64,000 bases of DNA, taken from the human T2T-CHM13v2.0 reference genome, Homo sapiens. The notes beneath the pieces were generated by a model, which did not search any database, had not been told where the DNA came from, and saw only the letters and a list, made by a program, of their open reading frames with translations. Within the stretch, counting starts at the first letter, position 1. Every line of letters begins with the position of its first letter. Location: the NCBI RefSeq assembly GCF_009914755.1, contig NC_060931.1; one strand, 5' to 3'. A program made the translations under genes and the position numbers. This document shows positions 32,802-47,668 of this stretch, in pieces.

Positions 32802-33649
32802 TCAATTAGATAAAACTCAACAGAATCCTTGCAAATGGTACAAGACAGTCATATTTTTCTTGTTCTCTTTTCCTTCTTTGCTGCTCTGTTTGCAGGGAAG
32901 GATGGTTGTCTGTCATTGTGAGAAAAGAGATATAGTTATAATTCTAACTACTCAGGTAAAGCTCCCCAGAATGTATGGGATTATCTTTCACATCATTCGG
33001 AGGAAGGTGAAGCGCATTTTCTGCAGATAGGCCCTGATATTTTTCCAGGTGAAAAGAACAGAATGTGAGAAATTGGTTGAGTGTACGGGGAGTAGAAGAT
33101 TTTGGATGCACAAAGAGTGAGGCCACAAAAATGCCAGAATCATGTTAAAATTGGAATAGGACTTTCCAGTTTTAAAGCATGGTCAGATAATTGTTGCTAA
33201 GTAACCAATGATCCATCAAGTTAGAGGTTAAATAACCTGTACCCTGGGTTGCTTAATTAGTAAGAAGCAGAGTCTTGTATTTCACAAATATGTTTATTTA
33301 CACTCATTGAGGCCTTCTTGAGTAAGTGTTGTTCACTGTACTAGATTTGAAGAACCAATATCCCATCACTAATTAACATTAAAATGTCTGTTCTTCTTCA
33401 TTTGCAACAACCTCTAGAATCCTTTTAATGGCAGGATAAAAAGACAATGTTTATGCATGTGACCACGTAAGAAACCCAGGGCCACTGATAACACTGACCC
33501 CTTCAAGTGCATGCTGGGGTCTATTGCCATCTCGGCCGCCAATTTTCCCTCCCAGTTTTTTGCTGTCATCAAACCCTGGTGACACCCAGCTGCATGTCTT
33601 CAGCCCTCATCTCTCTCCTGAGCTCCAGAGCTGTTTATCTCTAGTAATA

Positions 33650-33835
33650 ATCATTCCCAAAGTGTGGCGCCCCAGACCCACAGCATCCGCAGAATCTGAG
33701 AACTTGTCGGAAATGCAAATTCCTGGGCTCCACTCAGTCCCCTGAAATCAGAAGCCGTGCAGGTGAGATCCAGCGATCTGTTGTAATCAGCCCTCCAGAG
33801 GACTCTGATGCATGCTACAGTTTGAGAAGCACTGA
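33650..33835. mobile_element. MER5A-like MITE
   Basis: ttcccaaagtgtgg...gaaatgcaaattcctgggc...agtttgagaagcactg. Confidence 0.7.
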
Positions 33836-34979
33836 GCCATAATGGAAGCCTTCTGAAAAAGATTCAGGCGAATGTTCCGTTACAGCCTCAGGCCTGGCAT
33901 ACCTTGTCTTTTCCTTGGCATCATTGCCTCCTCGTTTCTTTCCTTTCAAAACTGAAAGGACATGGCCCCGACACATGTCCCTTTCCCTTGATTTTCCCCT
34001 TGCCATCATGTTACTCATCCTGTCAACCTCCACCTCCAGCCAGTTTTGTCTGCCATTTCTCCTGTCTCCCTCTTTCTCTCTATCTTGACCACCACTCTCC
34101 TAGCTTGGTTCTTTCTTGACATTCACCTAAACCAATGCGGTCACTGCTGGAACTCATTCTTTTGGCAGATACTTGCTAGATGCCTACCATATCCCTGGTG
34201 CTGTTCTAGGTTTGGAGTTTGGCACTGAGTGATTTCTCAGGACTTTCAGTGGTAAGGCTGGAAGAGTACTGCACAAACTGGGACAGTTGGACACTAAGCT
34301 GGGGTTCAAAATCCAGCAGGTTTGGTATCTGCCCTCAAGTCTACAGTCTAATTCTAGTCTACCTAATCAAATCCACCTATCATCTAATTCTCACTGATGT
34401 CTGTGACTTTAGTCTTTGCCATTCAGACGCATTTTCCACACTTCTACCCGGGTGGCATAGAACCCTCTCTGAATTAAAACCCCTTGGCAGTTCTTCATTA
34501 CAAGGTAGACAGTGTGTCTCAACTTTTACCAGGTTCTACTGCAATAAAAGTCTCCAGTCACAATGACTTACAACAATACATGTTTCTCTCTTGTCTGCAT
34601 GGCACGTCAGCTGCGGTTGTCTGGCTGTGGCTGTGCTTGATTTCTCCTCTGTGTTCTGAGAGTCAAGGAATCCTCCTGTCTAGGACATCCCATCTTTGTG
34701 GCTCAGGGAAAAGAACAGTGGCTGAACTTCGAAATGGCTGTTTCTGCTCTGATGTGACACCGTCATTTTGCTCACATCCCATTGGCAAACCAATTCACAT
34801 GTCCAAGTTAAATGGGAATTGGAGACTGGGGGAAGGAGTGTGCTTCTCTAAGGAAGCATTGCAGGCCACCTGGTAATAGGCAGGACATCCCCAGGGAGGA
34901 GGGAGCAAATTATTGGGAATCGTCATACATTGTCTAGTAGACAGTAAGATCAAAATTCTCAGCCGCAGAAATATCAGTG

Positions 34980-35258
<279 letters not shown>

Positions 35259-35754
35259 TATCATTGGAACCAAGGTCTTCTGCCTCCATACTCAGTGACT
35301 CTTTCGCTGCTGATAGATGGGCTGAACTGAATGCTTCTAATGCATGATCTGGACTTGCATGGGGTTCATCATGGTTCATCAAAGAGGTAGTGGAGCTTCA
35401 GAATTAAGACATGAACCAGACCAGCTAGGTTAGAAACCTCCTTCTACCACCACTTGGCTGTATAACCTGGGGCAAGCTACTTAACCTCCCTGGTCCTCAG
35501 TATCCTCATTTATATAATGCTGATCATTGTATCTACCTCATACGATTATCTTGGGGGTTGCATTAGTCAACACATGTGAAATATTTCGAATGGCCCCCAG
35601 CACTAGTAAGTGCTTAATAAAGATCAGCTATCATTAGCTCATAAGGAAAAATAATTCGTGTTCAGAGTTGATTAGCAAAGGCAGCTGCGCAGTCATTGTG
35701 ACTTGAATAAGGTGGGGAAAATGATCTAAGAGTTGAGAGGAAGAACTCCCACGG

Positions 35755-35860
35755 GAGAGGTGGTACTTGGTCTTGGGACCAGGTGGTGAGAGAGGTGTGG
35801 GAGGTGGTACTTGGTCTTGGGACCAGGTGGTGAGTGAGGTAGGAGAGATGGTACTTGGTC
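35755..35860. repeat. Short tandem repeat, ~45-bp unit, ~2.4 copies
   Basis: gaggtggtacttggtcttgggaccaggtggtgag twice, plus a partial third copy. Confidence 0.9.
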
Positions 35861-37068
35861 TAAGCCTCCTTAGATGGCTGTGCTCTCTGCCAGTAGCAAA
35901 GGGCATCCCCAGGGGAGAATTTCATGAGTGGAGGCTTGGCCAGGGCCATGGTCCTAAGCCTGCCTGGAAGCCTTGGAAAATTAGTGCCATTTGGCTTCAG
36001 CTTATATGGTGTGTGCAGAAGTATTGGAAGCAGGTAATGGCCCAGGGTATATTTTATTGCTCATTTTAAATAGAAAGATGAGATGAGCCAACAGGTAATT
36101 CAATAGCTGCAAATGAAAAGAGATGGGTTGTCGACTGTGTGTTCTCATTATTCTTCCCGATAATGCAGAGGAATGGGATTTTCGCTTGACTCTGTTCCAA
36201 AGCCTGCATTCTGTTATAAGCTGGGAGATTAATGCCCTGGCTTAGGAGAGCCATCTTCTCCTTCTCGAATATGGGAAATGATCCCTTCCCGCGCCTGCCT
36301 CGGAGACACACGATGGTGGAGGTGTCTGGCCATCTGCTGTCTCCTAAGCCAGTCGGGCTACACCTTGAACCTGGAGCCAGATTCCTGACGAATTACCTGC
36401 TGCAGCCTCGAGCTGGGGAAGTGAGCAGGAAGCTGGGATTCTGCCTGCCTTTGCATTTAATTAGTTTCCAGTCTCCTATTGCTAACCAATTCAATTAGAT
36501 CCCTTTAAGAAATCAATTAAATCATCAATTAAAACAACTGAAATAATCACACACACACACACAGAGAAGCTAGTGAAATGTGTGTTAAAACCAGGCCATC
36601 CGGGCAGAAGTGACCTATTTTGGGAAAGGGAATTCAGTGCCAGCAGAAAAAACAAGCGGTGGCAGTCAGTGCCCTGGGGGGAAACTGACGACACTGTATA
36701 AAACTGTCATGCAATGTGAATCATGGAGTCCACCGTCAGTATGAGAAGTGAGACTTGGCACTTTCTTGGGAAGGAGACCCCATGTTCTGAACTCCTCTTG
36801 CTCCAGGCTTTTCGGGCCAGAGCAGGCATCACTCTAGTGATTCCAACAAGGGGAAAGGGGTGCGCTGATTTCACACGCTTCACAGCCCAGGAGTGAAGCT
36901 GCAGGATCCAGCGTGGGCAGGTCCCTGGGAGCCTCAGTTTGCATCTGAGTTCCAGCCTTCCCAAAGCCCAGCCTTAAGTAGCTAAATGCTGTTCATTCCG
37001 TGTGGTCTTGGGAGGTGTGCCTCACGGGAGAGAAGAGAGGTTTCATGTCTATTTCTCTTATGTTTCAG

Positions 37069-37266
37069 GGCTGAGCCGGTTCTATCCCGCATCCAGGAAA
37101 ACCGGAAGCGTGTGATCCTCCCCTCCATTGACAACATCAAACAGGACAACTTTGAGGTGCAGCGGTACGAGAACTCGGCCCACGGGTACAGCTGGGAGCT
37201 GTGGTGCATGTACATCAGCCCCCCAAAAGACTGGTGGGACGCCGGAGACCCTTCTCTCCCCATCAG
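37069..37266 (+). CDS. GALNT17: GALNT17 internal coding exon (probably exon 5; 198 nt)
   Basis: tgtttcag|G acceptor completes the TGG codon; AEPVLSRIQENRKRVILPSIDNIKQDNFEVQRYENSAHGYSWELWCMYISPPKDWWDAGDPSLPI(R); donor AG|gtctgt. Confidence 0.95.
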
Positions 37267-37828
37267 GTCTGTGGCTGGTGAGCCCTGGCGGCCAACGAGC
37301 CCCCAAATTCAAGGGTAAAAAGGAGCTACTGAGAGAGGCCAGGAAAGCCTGCCTTGGGCTCGAGCAGCTGTGTGCACACAGCTCTCCAGGAGCCGCCGTT
37401 GTCTCAGGATCACAGCTTTCCTGCAGAGGGAGGATGTTGCATTTTGCACCTTTATGTAAAGTTTTCAAGTGCAGCTTTCCAACGGCGATACTGAGAAGTT
37501 TCAAACTGATAGTAATGTTCACACTTCTTTATTCTTCCTCGTATAGGAGGAACTGCGTTCAGGAGCTTTTAAGGATGAAGTTTGAAAGTTATTTTTTCTG
37601 GGGCTATTTTATACTTGAAGCCTTGTACTGTTGTCATGTTTGCACTCTTTTTCATGATACAAGATCATATAGAAAAGGACAAGGGGGTGTGGCATTCTGA
37701 GGAACTGGAGGGATGTTGGGGAGCTCTTTATGGCTCTTGCCCCGGGTCCCACCCAGCTGCCTCTCGGGATATGGAGATCAATATCTTGAGGCATACCAGT
37801 TGCAGAACTCAAATAGAAAGGAGGTTGA

Positions 37829-38157
<329 letters not shown>

Positions 38158-38163
38158 TCAATG

Positions 38164-38610
38164 CTATATTAGTTTCCTCTTGCTGCTATAACAAGTTACT
38201 ATGAAAATAATGACTTGAAACAGCACAGATTGATGCTGCTACAGTTCTTGAGGTCGGAAGTTTGCAATGAGCTGATGGAACTAAAATGAAGAAGGGGTTG
38301 GGTCAGGAGGGCTGGGTCAGGAGGTCTGGTCCTTCTGGGGGCTCTTGGGAGATCCATGTCCTTGGCTTTTCCAGCTTCCAGAAGCTGCCTCCTCCCTTGG
38401 CTCATGGCTATGTCGCATCTCCCTTTCTCTCTGGCACCCTTCATCACGTGACCTTTTCCTCCTTTGCTTCCTTCCTTCCCACTTATAAAGGCTTTTGTGA
38501 TTACATTCTGGGACCATACAAGAATCCAGGATTATCTCCCATCTTGAGATCCTTAACTTAACAACATCTGCAAAGTTCTTTTCCTAAATAAGGGACCATT
38601 CACAAGTTCC
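38164..38610 (-). mobile_element. MLT1-type MaLR LTR
   Basis: tatattagtttcct...ctgctataacaa...aatccaggattatctccc...catctgcaaag. Confidence 0.75.
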
Positions 38611-38652
38611 TAATCTCTGGAACCTGTGAATGGTCCTTTATTTGGGAAAAAG

Positions 38653-39446
38653 TGAAATGGGAGTGTTCCCTTATCCCCTTTGCGGGGCATATGACAGGGG
38701 TGTGGCTTGCTTCTTCAGTGCCCCACTGCTCAAACCCCTAGGGGGATCATGCAGATGGGTAGGTTGCGGGGAGCATTTTGGGGCTCCGACCCCATGGCGG
38801 TCTCCAGGATTGAGTGTTTACAGCTCCCGAAGCCCCAGTGGGCATGTGTTACAGTGTGCTCTTTCATCTTTGCCATCTGCAGGGAGCTTGTGTTAATCAG
38901 CTTACTTAGACCCTCTGCCTTATCACAAGGACAGAGGGCTTTCTGTATCCTGGGTCCTTGCCCTAGTGTGTCAGAAAAACCAGATCACATGTGGGCTTAG
39001 AGAATGAGTGCAAGGTGTTCCTGAGTGGTGGAGGTAGCTCTCAATGAGATGGATGGGGAGCAGGAAGGGGGATGGAGTGGGAAGGTGGTCTTCCCCTGGA
39101 GTTGGGTTGCACAGCAGCCAGACTCTCCTCCAACTACCCCTGGCCGAACTCCCCTCAGCATCCACGTCATTCTGTTGTTGCTAGCCTGCTGGTGTCTGCT
39201 GGTGTCTGTCCATGTGTTCTGCTCCTCTCAACGTCCAGCCGCTTGTGTCTGTGCCCACTGTGGTCCCGGGTTTTTATGGGCACAGGATGGGGGACAGGGT
39301 ATGGTGGGCCAAAGGGCAACTTTTTCAGTGCGAAAACAGAAATACCTGTCCTCATTTAGGTCCGTGGGCACAGGCCCGAGGGTGGAGCCCTTGCCAGGGA
39401 CCCTGCCCTTCTCTACCCAGCACTTCCCTGCCCCTGTTGCATATCA
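38653..39446. mobile_element. ERV1 solo LTR (MER52/LTR27-like)
   Basis: tgaaatggg...catatca ends; 4-bp TSD aaag at 38649-38652 and 39447-39450. Confidence 0.7.
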
Positions 39447-39792
39447 AAAGGACTTTGCAGATGTGATATGGAAATCCTAATCTCTGGAACCTGTGAATGG
39501 TACCTTATTTGGGGAAAAGGGCTTGGTTGAAAACCCTCTGATCCCCGAGTTATAGTTCAGTACTTTATGTGAGTTCTACTTGAGGACCAAACTGACTCTA
39601 AAATCATGGTTCTGTCTTAAGTAGGGAGAGGCAGGAGAGGCCTGTGTACCTGGGCTCGGTTTTAGGGGTGTGCTTGTTGGTGTTAAGTAAGATAGCACGA
39701 TGGAATAATGAAGTAGGGATGAAGACTTTTTACAGATAATCATGAAGTTCTTTCTCAGTTTAAACATTTGTGATTAACAAGAGTAAAAGTTT

Positions 39793-40100
39793 AGCCAGGC
39801 CCAGTGGCCCTCACCTGTAATCTCAGCACTTCGGGAGGCCAAGGCAGGAGGATTGCCTGAGTTCAGGAGTTTAAAACCAGCCTGGGCAACATAGCCAGAC
39901 TGTGTCTCCACTGAAATAAAATTAAAAAAAAAAATTAGCCGGGGTGGTGGTGTGCTCTTGTAATCTCAGCTACCCAGGAAGCTGAGGAAGGAGGGTTGCT
40001 GGAGCCCAGGAGGTCGAGGCTGTAGTGGGCTGTGATCACTCCACTGCACTCCAGCCTGGGCAATAGAAGGAGACCCTGTCACAAATAATAATAAAAAAAG
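39793..40100 (+). mobile_element. Alu (J-like)
   Basis: Diverged dimer. Confidence 0.88.
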
Positions 40101-41386
40101 AGTAAGCTTTTGAAAAGTTCGTTATTTTTCTGCTGACACCAAAAGCTGAAAAATAGCCTTTGAGTAGAGCATGGGCAAATTTGTACAGCAGAGAAGGTAA
40201 TCTTTTGGGTCTACAACTTCCTCAAGCTGTCTTGTGGCTCAGCTCCCACACCAACTGTTCATCATGCAGTGTTTCAGGACCATATTCTTGGCTATCTGCA
40301 AATAATATTAATAGTGTAAGGTTAACTAAATCTAAGCCTTCAGGGATATTTGAGCTTTAATGGCGAGTGCTTGAAGACATGTTGACCTTCAGATCTCAAA
40401 GGGATGAAACTCAAATGATGGACTGACAGACAGTGAGTTTCATGTGTTGGCTGAAAGATACTTTCTCCCAAGTCTTCACACTGATACACGGGAGACTGGC
40501 CTCCAGCCAGGACAGATAACAGTATGAGGGTGTCACCGTAAGTGCTGTCAACAGAGAAAAAGAAGTGCTTGCAGTGGAGTGCCTTCGGATGCCCAGCAAA
40601 CATCTGTAATGATTGTCTCTGGGTGTGTAAGGTTCTAAGCAAAAAGTTAGCTTGTATTTCATAAGTTACAGTAATATTAACAGATGATTAATATGCACTT
40701 TAAAAAGACTCAAGAAAGTAGAGTCATGATCATGAGTCATTAATGTGACATGCACCTCTGTTGTACAAAATAGAATCAAATGCCAATGATGTCTTTTTAA
40801 TGTGTCTTAACTTACGGAATGCTTAATTTGTTAATAGTTGATGGGGATATTTAATTGCAGGGATGAATTTTTATGGTCCTTCTGAAATTATTAAGCGGAT
40901 ACAATATGCTTTCTTAAACATGAGGACATGGCAGTTTCTCTTTCTTGCTGTGAAGCCAACATTTTAATAGTACGATTTTGCTCCAGTAAAAGATGGGCCA
41001 AAGAAAACATTTCATCATCCAAATGGTGTTAGATTAGATGAGTCTTTAGATACTGAGACTTCCCGGTAAGCAACATAATATAGGAGATTTGCATTAAGGG
41101 AATTGATAATTCCTTCTGTTTCAGTTCTTTTCCTGTTTCTTTCTATATATTAATATTTTTTTTGTCCTGCCTGCTAAATAGCTGTTTTCTCAGGTTTTCT
41201 CTTTGTCCTCCACTCTTATTTTTCCACACCAGAGTTTCCAGTATAGCAAGTGGGCAAGTGCCATTAAACAGGGCAAAGGCCGATTGTAAGGGTAAGAGGT
41301 GGGGGAACTGAAGAACACAGGTCCTGCCCAAGGAGGCAGCTGTTCCCAGCTCTGCTTGGTGGTGCCAGTGTGGTCAGGTCTTCAGA

Positions 41387-41682
41387 ATTTTTTTTTTTTT
41401 TTGAGACAAAGTCTAGCTCTGTCGCCCAGGCTGAGTGCAGGGGAGCGATCTCGGCTCGCTGCAACCTCTGCCTCCCGGGTTCGAGCAATTCTTCTGCTTC
41501 AGCCTCCTGAGTATCTGCGACTACAGGTGCATGCCACCACGCCCAGCTAATTTTTTGTATTTTTAGTAGAGACAGGGTTTCACCATGTTGACCAGGCTGG
41601 TCTTGAACTCCTGACCTCGTGATCCACCCGTCTCAGCCTCCCAAAGTGCTAGGATTACAGGCGTGAGCCACTGCGCCTGGCC
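41387..41682 (-). mobile_element. Alu (S-like)
   Basis: Full dimer; TSD cagaatttt. Confidence 0.93.
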
Positions 41683-41946
41683 CAGAATTTTAAGAGAAGC
41701 CATAAATCTAGAGCCTTTGTGAAATCTCCTGCCTTCTAAATGTTGACAATAAACCTCTCTTCTTCAAAACTTCAAGGCCCCAACCACATGCGTCTAGACT
41801 GCATTTGACCACCCGGCCCCCAGAACTTGATCTTGCCTTTACACTCAACTCCTTGGAGACCTGTGTTGTTCCCAGGATAGCTTTCATTTATGCAACTTAC
41901 ACCGGCAGTGGGCACCTGTGGTATGTATTGTGGGTGCCATGGAGGA

Positions 41947-42351
41947 TGTATTAGTTCTTGCCCTGCTGTAAAGAAATACCTGAGACTGGGTAATTTATAA
42001 AGAAAGGAGGTTTCATTGGCTTAGGATTCAGCAGGCTGTACTGGAAGCATGGAGGCTTCTGCGTCTGGGGAGGCCTCAGGAATCTTACAGTCATGGCAGA
42101 AGGGGAAGCAGGCACGTATTACATGGCCAGAGTAGGAGGAAGAAGAGAGAAGGAGAAGGTGCCACACACTTGTAAACAACCAGATCTCTTGAGAACTCTA
42201 TCATGAGAACAGCACCAAAGGGATGGTGCTAATGCATTCATGAAGGATCCACCCTCATGATCCAATCACCTCCCACCAGGCCCCACCTCCAACACTAGGG
42301 ATTACAATTCAACATGAGATTTGGGCGGGGGTGCAGAGCCAAACCACGTCA
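41947..42351 (-). mobile_element. MSTA/THE1-like MaLR LTR
   Basis: tgtattagt...aaagaaatacctgagactgggtaatttataaagaaa...caacatgagatttgg. Confidence 0.85.
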
Positions 42352-42601
42352 GTGGGGCTGGGGGATTTGGGGAAAGTGTCACTCAAAGCCACAGGAGCAA
42401 CATGGCCAGACTTCCTTGAACTCCAGTTCAACCTGTAGAGATTCCCCTCATGTTGTATTATTGTGTGTCCACAGCCCTCTCTGCTGAGGTTCGTCTATGT
42501 AAGACTTTGTGCAGCACTGACCCAGCTCTTGCCTCTGTGTAGAGAAGCTTCTTAAATCTGCTGTCTTAAGCTCTGATTGTTCTCCAAGAGCAACTTCCTT
42601 T

Positions 42602-42807
42602 CTGTTAGGCGGTTCTTGAATTGCTACAAAGAAATGCCTGAGGCTGAGTAATTTATAAAGGAAAGAGGTTTCATTGGCTCACAGTTCTGCAGGCTGTACA
42701 AACCTGGCACTGGCATCTTGGCTTTTGAGGAGGCCTCATAGAGCTTTTACTCATGGCAGAAGGTGAAGTGGGAGCTGACACATCTCACGGCAAAGCAGGA
42801 AGAAGAG
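42602..42807 (-). mobile_element. MST-type LTR, truncated at an Alu
   Basis: One LTR end present; the remainder does not resume after the Alu. Confidence 0.75.
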
Positions 42808-43096
42808 GCGGTGGCTCACACCTTTAATCCCAGCACTTTGGGAGGCCGAGGTGGGCTGATAACTGAGGTCAGGAGTTCAAGACCAGCCTAGCCAACATGG
42901 ATAAACCCTGTCTCTACTAAAAATACAAAAATTAGCTGGGCATGGTGATGCACACCTGTAATCCCAGCTACTCGGGAGGATGAGGCAGGAGAATCACCTG
43001 AACTTGGAGGCGGAGGTTGCAGTGAGCCAAGATCATACCACCTGCACTCCAGCCTGGCTGACAGAGCAAGACTCCAGACTCCGTCTCAAAAAAAAA
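42808..43096 (+). mobile_element. Alu (S-like), first bases missing
   Basis: Starts at gcggtggctcac. Confidence 0.9.
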
Positions 43097-43204
43097 GATA
43101 TTGGCTAGTTAGAAAGACAAGCGTGTTCTTCATAGGAAGTTATACCATCAATCCATATTAATAATGATAATATACCAATTATTATTAGATTTACCGTTTA
43201 TTGA

Positions 43205-43559
<355 letters not shown>

Positions 43560-43805
43560 TCATTTACTCTTAACAGTCAGAAGCCTAGTACCAAATGATT
43601 CGGCAGTATCCTTTTTTTGTTTTCAATGTCCACACCACATTGGGGTGTAGGAAATCTGAACCTCCAGGTTGCTTTTTTGACCCCATGCAGGCAGTGACTC
43701 CCTTCAGCTGGCCTCTCCTAGGGTACTCTCGACTTCTGCCTTCTTGTTTGCCCCATGTACTCTTATTGCTGGAGTCTCCATGCTCTGGTAAGCCACTGTC
43801 CAGGG

Positions 43806-44199
43806 CAGTGGTCCTCAACCCCTGAGTTGCGGACCAGGGCTGGTCCTGGTCCATGGCCTTTTAGGAACTGAGCCTCACAGCAGGAGGTGAGTGGCAGGCG
43901 AGCGAGCAAGCAAAGCTTCATCTGTATTTACAGCCTCTTGCCATCTCCCACATTCCCTCCTGAGCTCGGCTTCTCATCAGATCAGCAGGGGCATTCGATT
44001 CTCATAGGAGCACAAATCCTATTGTGAATTGCGCGTGTGAAGGATGTAGGTTACGTGTTGCTTATGAGATAATCTAATGCCTGATCATCTGAGGTAGAAC
44101 AGTTTCATCCTGAAACCATCCCCACCCACCACCCTTGTCCATGGAAAAATTGTCTTCCATGAAACCAGTCCCTGGTGCTGAAAAGGTTGGGGACTGCTG
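43806..44199. mobile_element. MER1B-like hAT MITE
   Basis: cagtggtcctcaacc...ggttggggactgctg. Confidence 0.83.
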
Positions 44200-44601
44200 A
44201 TCTAGAGCATCCCTTTTGGTTTTGTTTATGATGTTCTTAATCGTGGCAATATATATGTAACATAAATTTTACCATTTTATCCATTGTAAAGTGTGAAGTT
44301 CAGTGGCAATAAGAACATTCCCAGTGTTGTGCAACTATCTCCACGATCTACTTCCAGTTTTCTTATTCCCCCAAATAGCGACCCAGTGCCCATTAAGCAG
44401 TCACTTCCTATTCCTCCCTCCCACCAAACAGTGAAGGCTGCCAATCTACTTTCTGTCTCTATGGATTTGCCTATTTTGGACATTTCATATAAGTGGAGTC
44501 CTGCAGAATGTGGCTTTTTGTTTCTGGCTTCTTTTATTAGCATACAGTTTATGAGGTTCATTCATGCATCAGAAATCCATTGCTTTTCTTGGTGGACATC
44601 C

Positions 44602-44896
44602 CTTTTATTATTTTTTTTGAGACAGAATCTCTCCTTGTCACCCAAGCTGGAATGCAGTGGTGTGATCTTGGCTAACTGCAACCTCTGCCTCTGGGTTCAA
44701 GCAATTCTTCTGCCTCAGCTTCCCGAGTAGCTGGGACTACAGGCATGCACCACCATGCCCAGCTAATTTTTGTATTTTTAGTAGAGACGAGGTTTCACCA
44801 TGTTGGCCAGGATGGTCTCGATCTCTTGACCTCGTGATCTGCCCACCTCGGCCTCCCAAAGTGCTGGGATTACAGGCATGAGCCACTGCGCCCGGC
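44602..44896 (-). mobile_element. Alu (S-like)
   Basis: Full dimer. Confidence 0.92.
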
Positions 44897-45709
44897 TGAC
44901 ATCGTTTTTAAAGTGGTTCCAAGTCCACATTCCTTCTGCAGGTTCCATATCTGGTTTCTGGGATTTGCACACCTTTGTCCCTCTTGGGTGGAAAGACGGC
45001 TTCCCTGACCAGGGCTCCCCTGTGTTCCAGAGGGCACGTTCCCTTTCGTAAGTGTGAGTCGCACACCAGTGAGCATGTGTCTCCACTTCCAGGGACACCG
45101 GCCACTAGGCTTGGGGTTAGATGGTAGGACTCTCGTCCCTCCCTTCAGGTACAGTTTGCTTCTGGGAAACCCTCCTGACACCTTCTTTTCCTGGACTCCA
45201 CTTACTTATCCAAAGTATTCGGCTAATCTGTTTGTCTGTCTATTGAAATTTTTGCAAGATCTCTTTTAATACAGCATCTATTGTCAGAATGTCTTCAGCC
45301 CCAGTGTGGACACGAAGAGCCCTGTTTTAACACAGTACATACATCTGAAGGCATGGAACAGGGAGAAGGGGAAAGTCTGAAGGCAGAAAGGAAGGGGTGG
45401 GGACTGATTGGGAAAGAAAGACCCTGAAGAAGGAGGCGTGGGTGGGCTAAGGACATGAACAATGGTTTGGTCTTGAATGGTAGGAAGGGAAAGGTCATGC
45501 TGTCTGACTCACATTTTCCTTGTGAATGAGGAGAGAAAATCATTTGTTAAGAGTGAGAGCTGGGCCTCAGATAGGAGGCTACCCAAAAGGGGTAAAAGTC
45601 TGGAATCATTGCTGAAAGTTCACCAAGAACAGAAAAAATAATGGCTATTTCAAGGTGCAAAGAATATAAATTCAACAAAATTTCCACCAGGATTTCTTTT
45701 TCTTAGTTA

Positions 45710-46308
<599 letters not shown>

Positions 46309-47307
46309 CACCAGGATTTCTTGACAAAAAAAACTACCATAAATTCAGTTGTGTTTTGTTATGAACTCAGATTTTGTTATTCATGACATTATGTATATAT
46401 GGGGAAAAGAGTGAGGTGTAAGATAAGAATGAAGGATACCATTTATTTAGCCTGAATGCACCTAGGTTAGGTGCACCATAAGTTCATGAAAACCTGGCTT
46501 AGTTCTGCTGCCTTCAGAGAACTTTTGCTCGTAGCTTGAGAACTGCTGATCTGTACACTTCTCTCCAGCTGCAAAAGCCTGAGACTTTCACCATGAGAGG
46601 GAAGGTTCCAAAATGCCACAGATGGGACATTTTACAGCATATGTTGCTTTCAGGGCACTGGCTGAAAGCTGAGTCAGGCATCTTCTGTGAGGTGACAGTG
46701 GTTCCTCCCTGCTGTATGTTAGGTGGTCCTATAATTAGTGACATTGCTCATGAATAACTAATTAAAGGCAATGATTAACAATTTAGCAATCCTTAATCCA
46801 ACATATAATTTGATAATAAATTATAAGGTATGGGTGCTGTTAGAGCCTGTTAGACTCCTTTAGTTGAAAGGGATGCCTTGGATATATAGTTGCCGGGATC
46901 TCAAATTCTGTGCACAGATATGTACAAAGGGAGAAGGTTATTTTTTCCTCCCTAAAGGAATATGACTGGCTTACAGAGGAGGAAAGCTTTAAGAGAAGAA
47001 ATCAGACTTTAAAATAGAGGTATCTTTCCTATGCATCAGCAAATATATTTTAGGGGCCAATTGTGTGCTCAGCTTTGGGGTAAGCATTTCCAGCAGGGAT
47101 AGTATTGGTAAATGAAATGATTATCCTGTCTTGATGGAGTTCATGGGTGGTGACACAGGCTTTCAAATGTGTGTGATAGCACTTCAGGGCAATGAAATGT
47201 GGAATCATGGGAGGGAGGGAATTTTTGCCATTGGAGTGGATGGAAAAGCTCATAGCCATAACTAACACCACAGTGTTCTATGTGTCAGGTACAGTTCTTG
47301 TATTTAG

Positions 47308-47668
<361 letters not shown>

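Noticed and set aside
35755-35860. Repeat-spacer-like pattern as a CRISPR array
   Set aside because: Eukaryotic intron, under three units, no unique spacers of constant length and no cas genes.
37128-37700. 190-aa + strand ORF and 146-aa - strand ORF overlapping exon 5
   Set aside because: Off-frame and antisense shadows of a GC-rich exon, with no recognisable domain.
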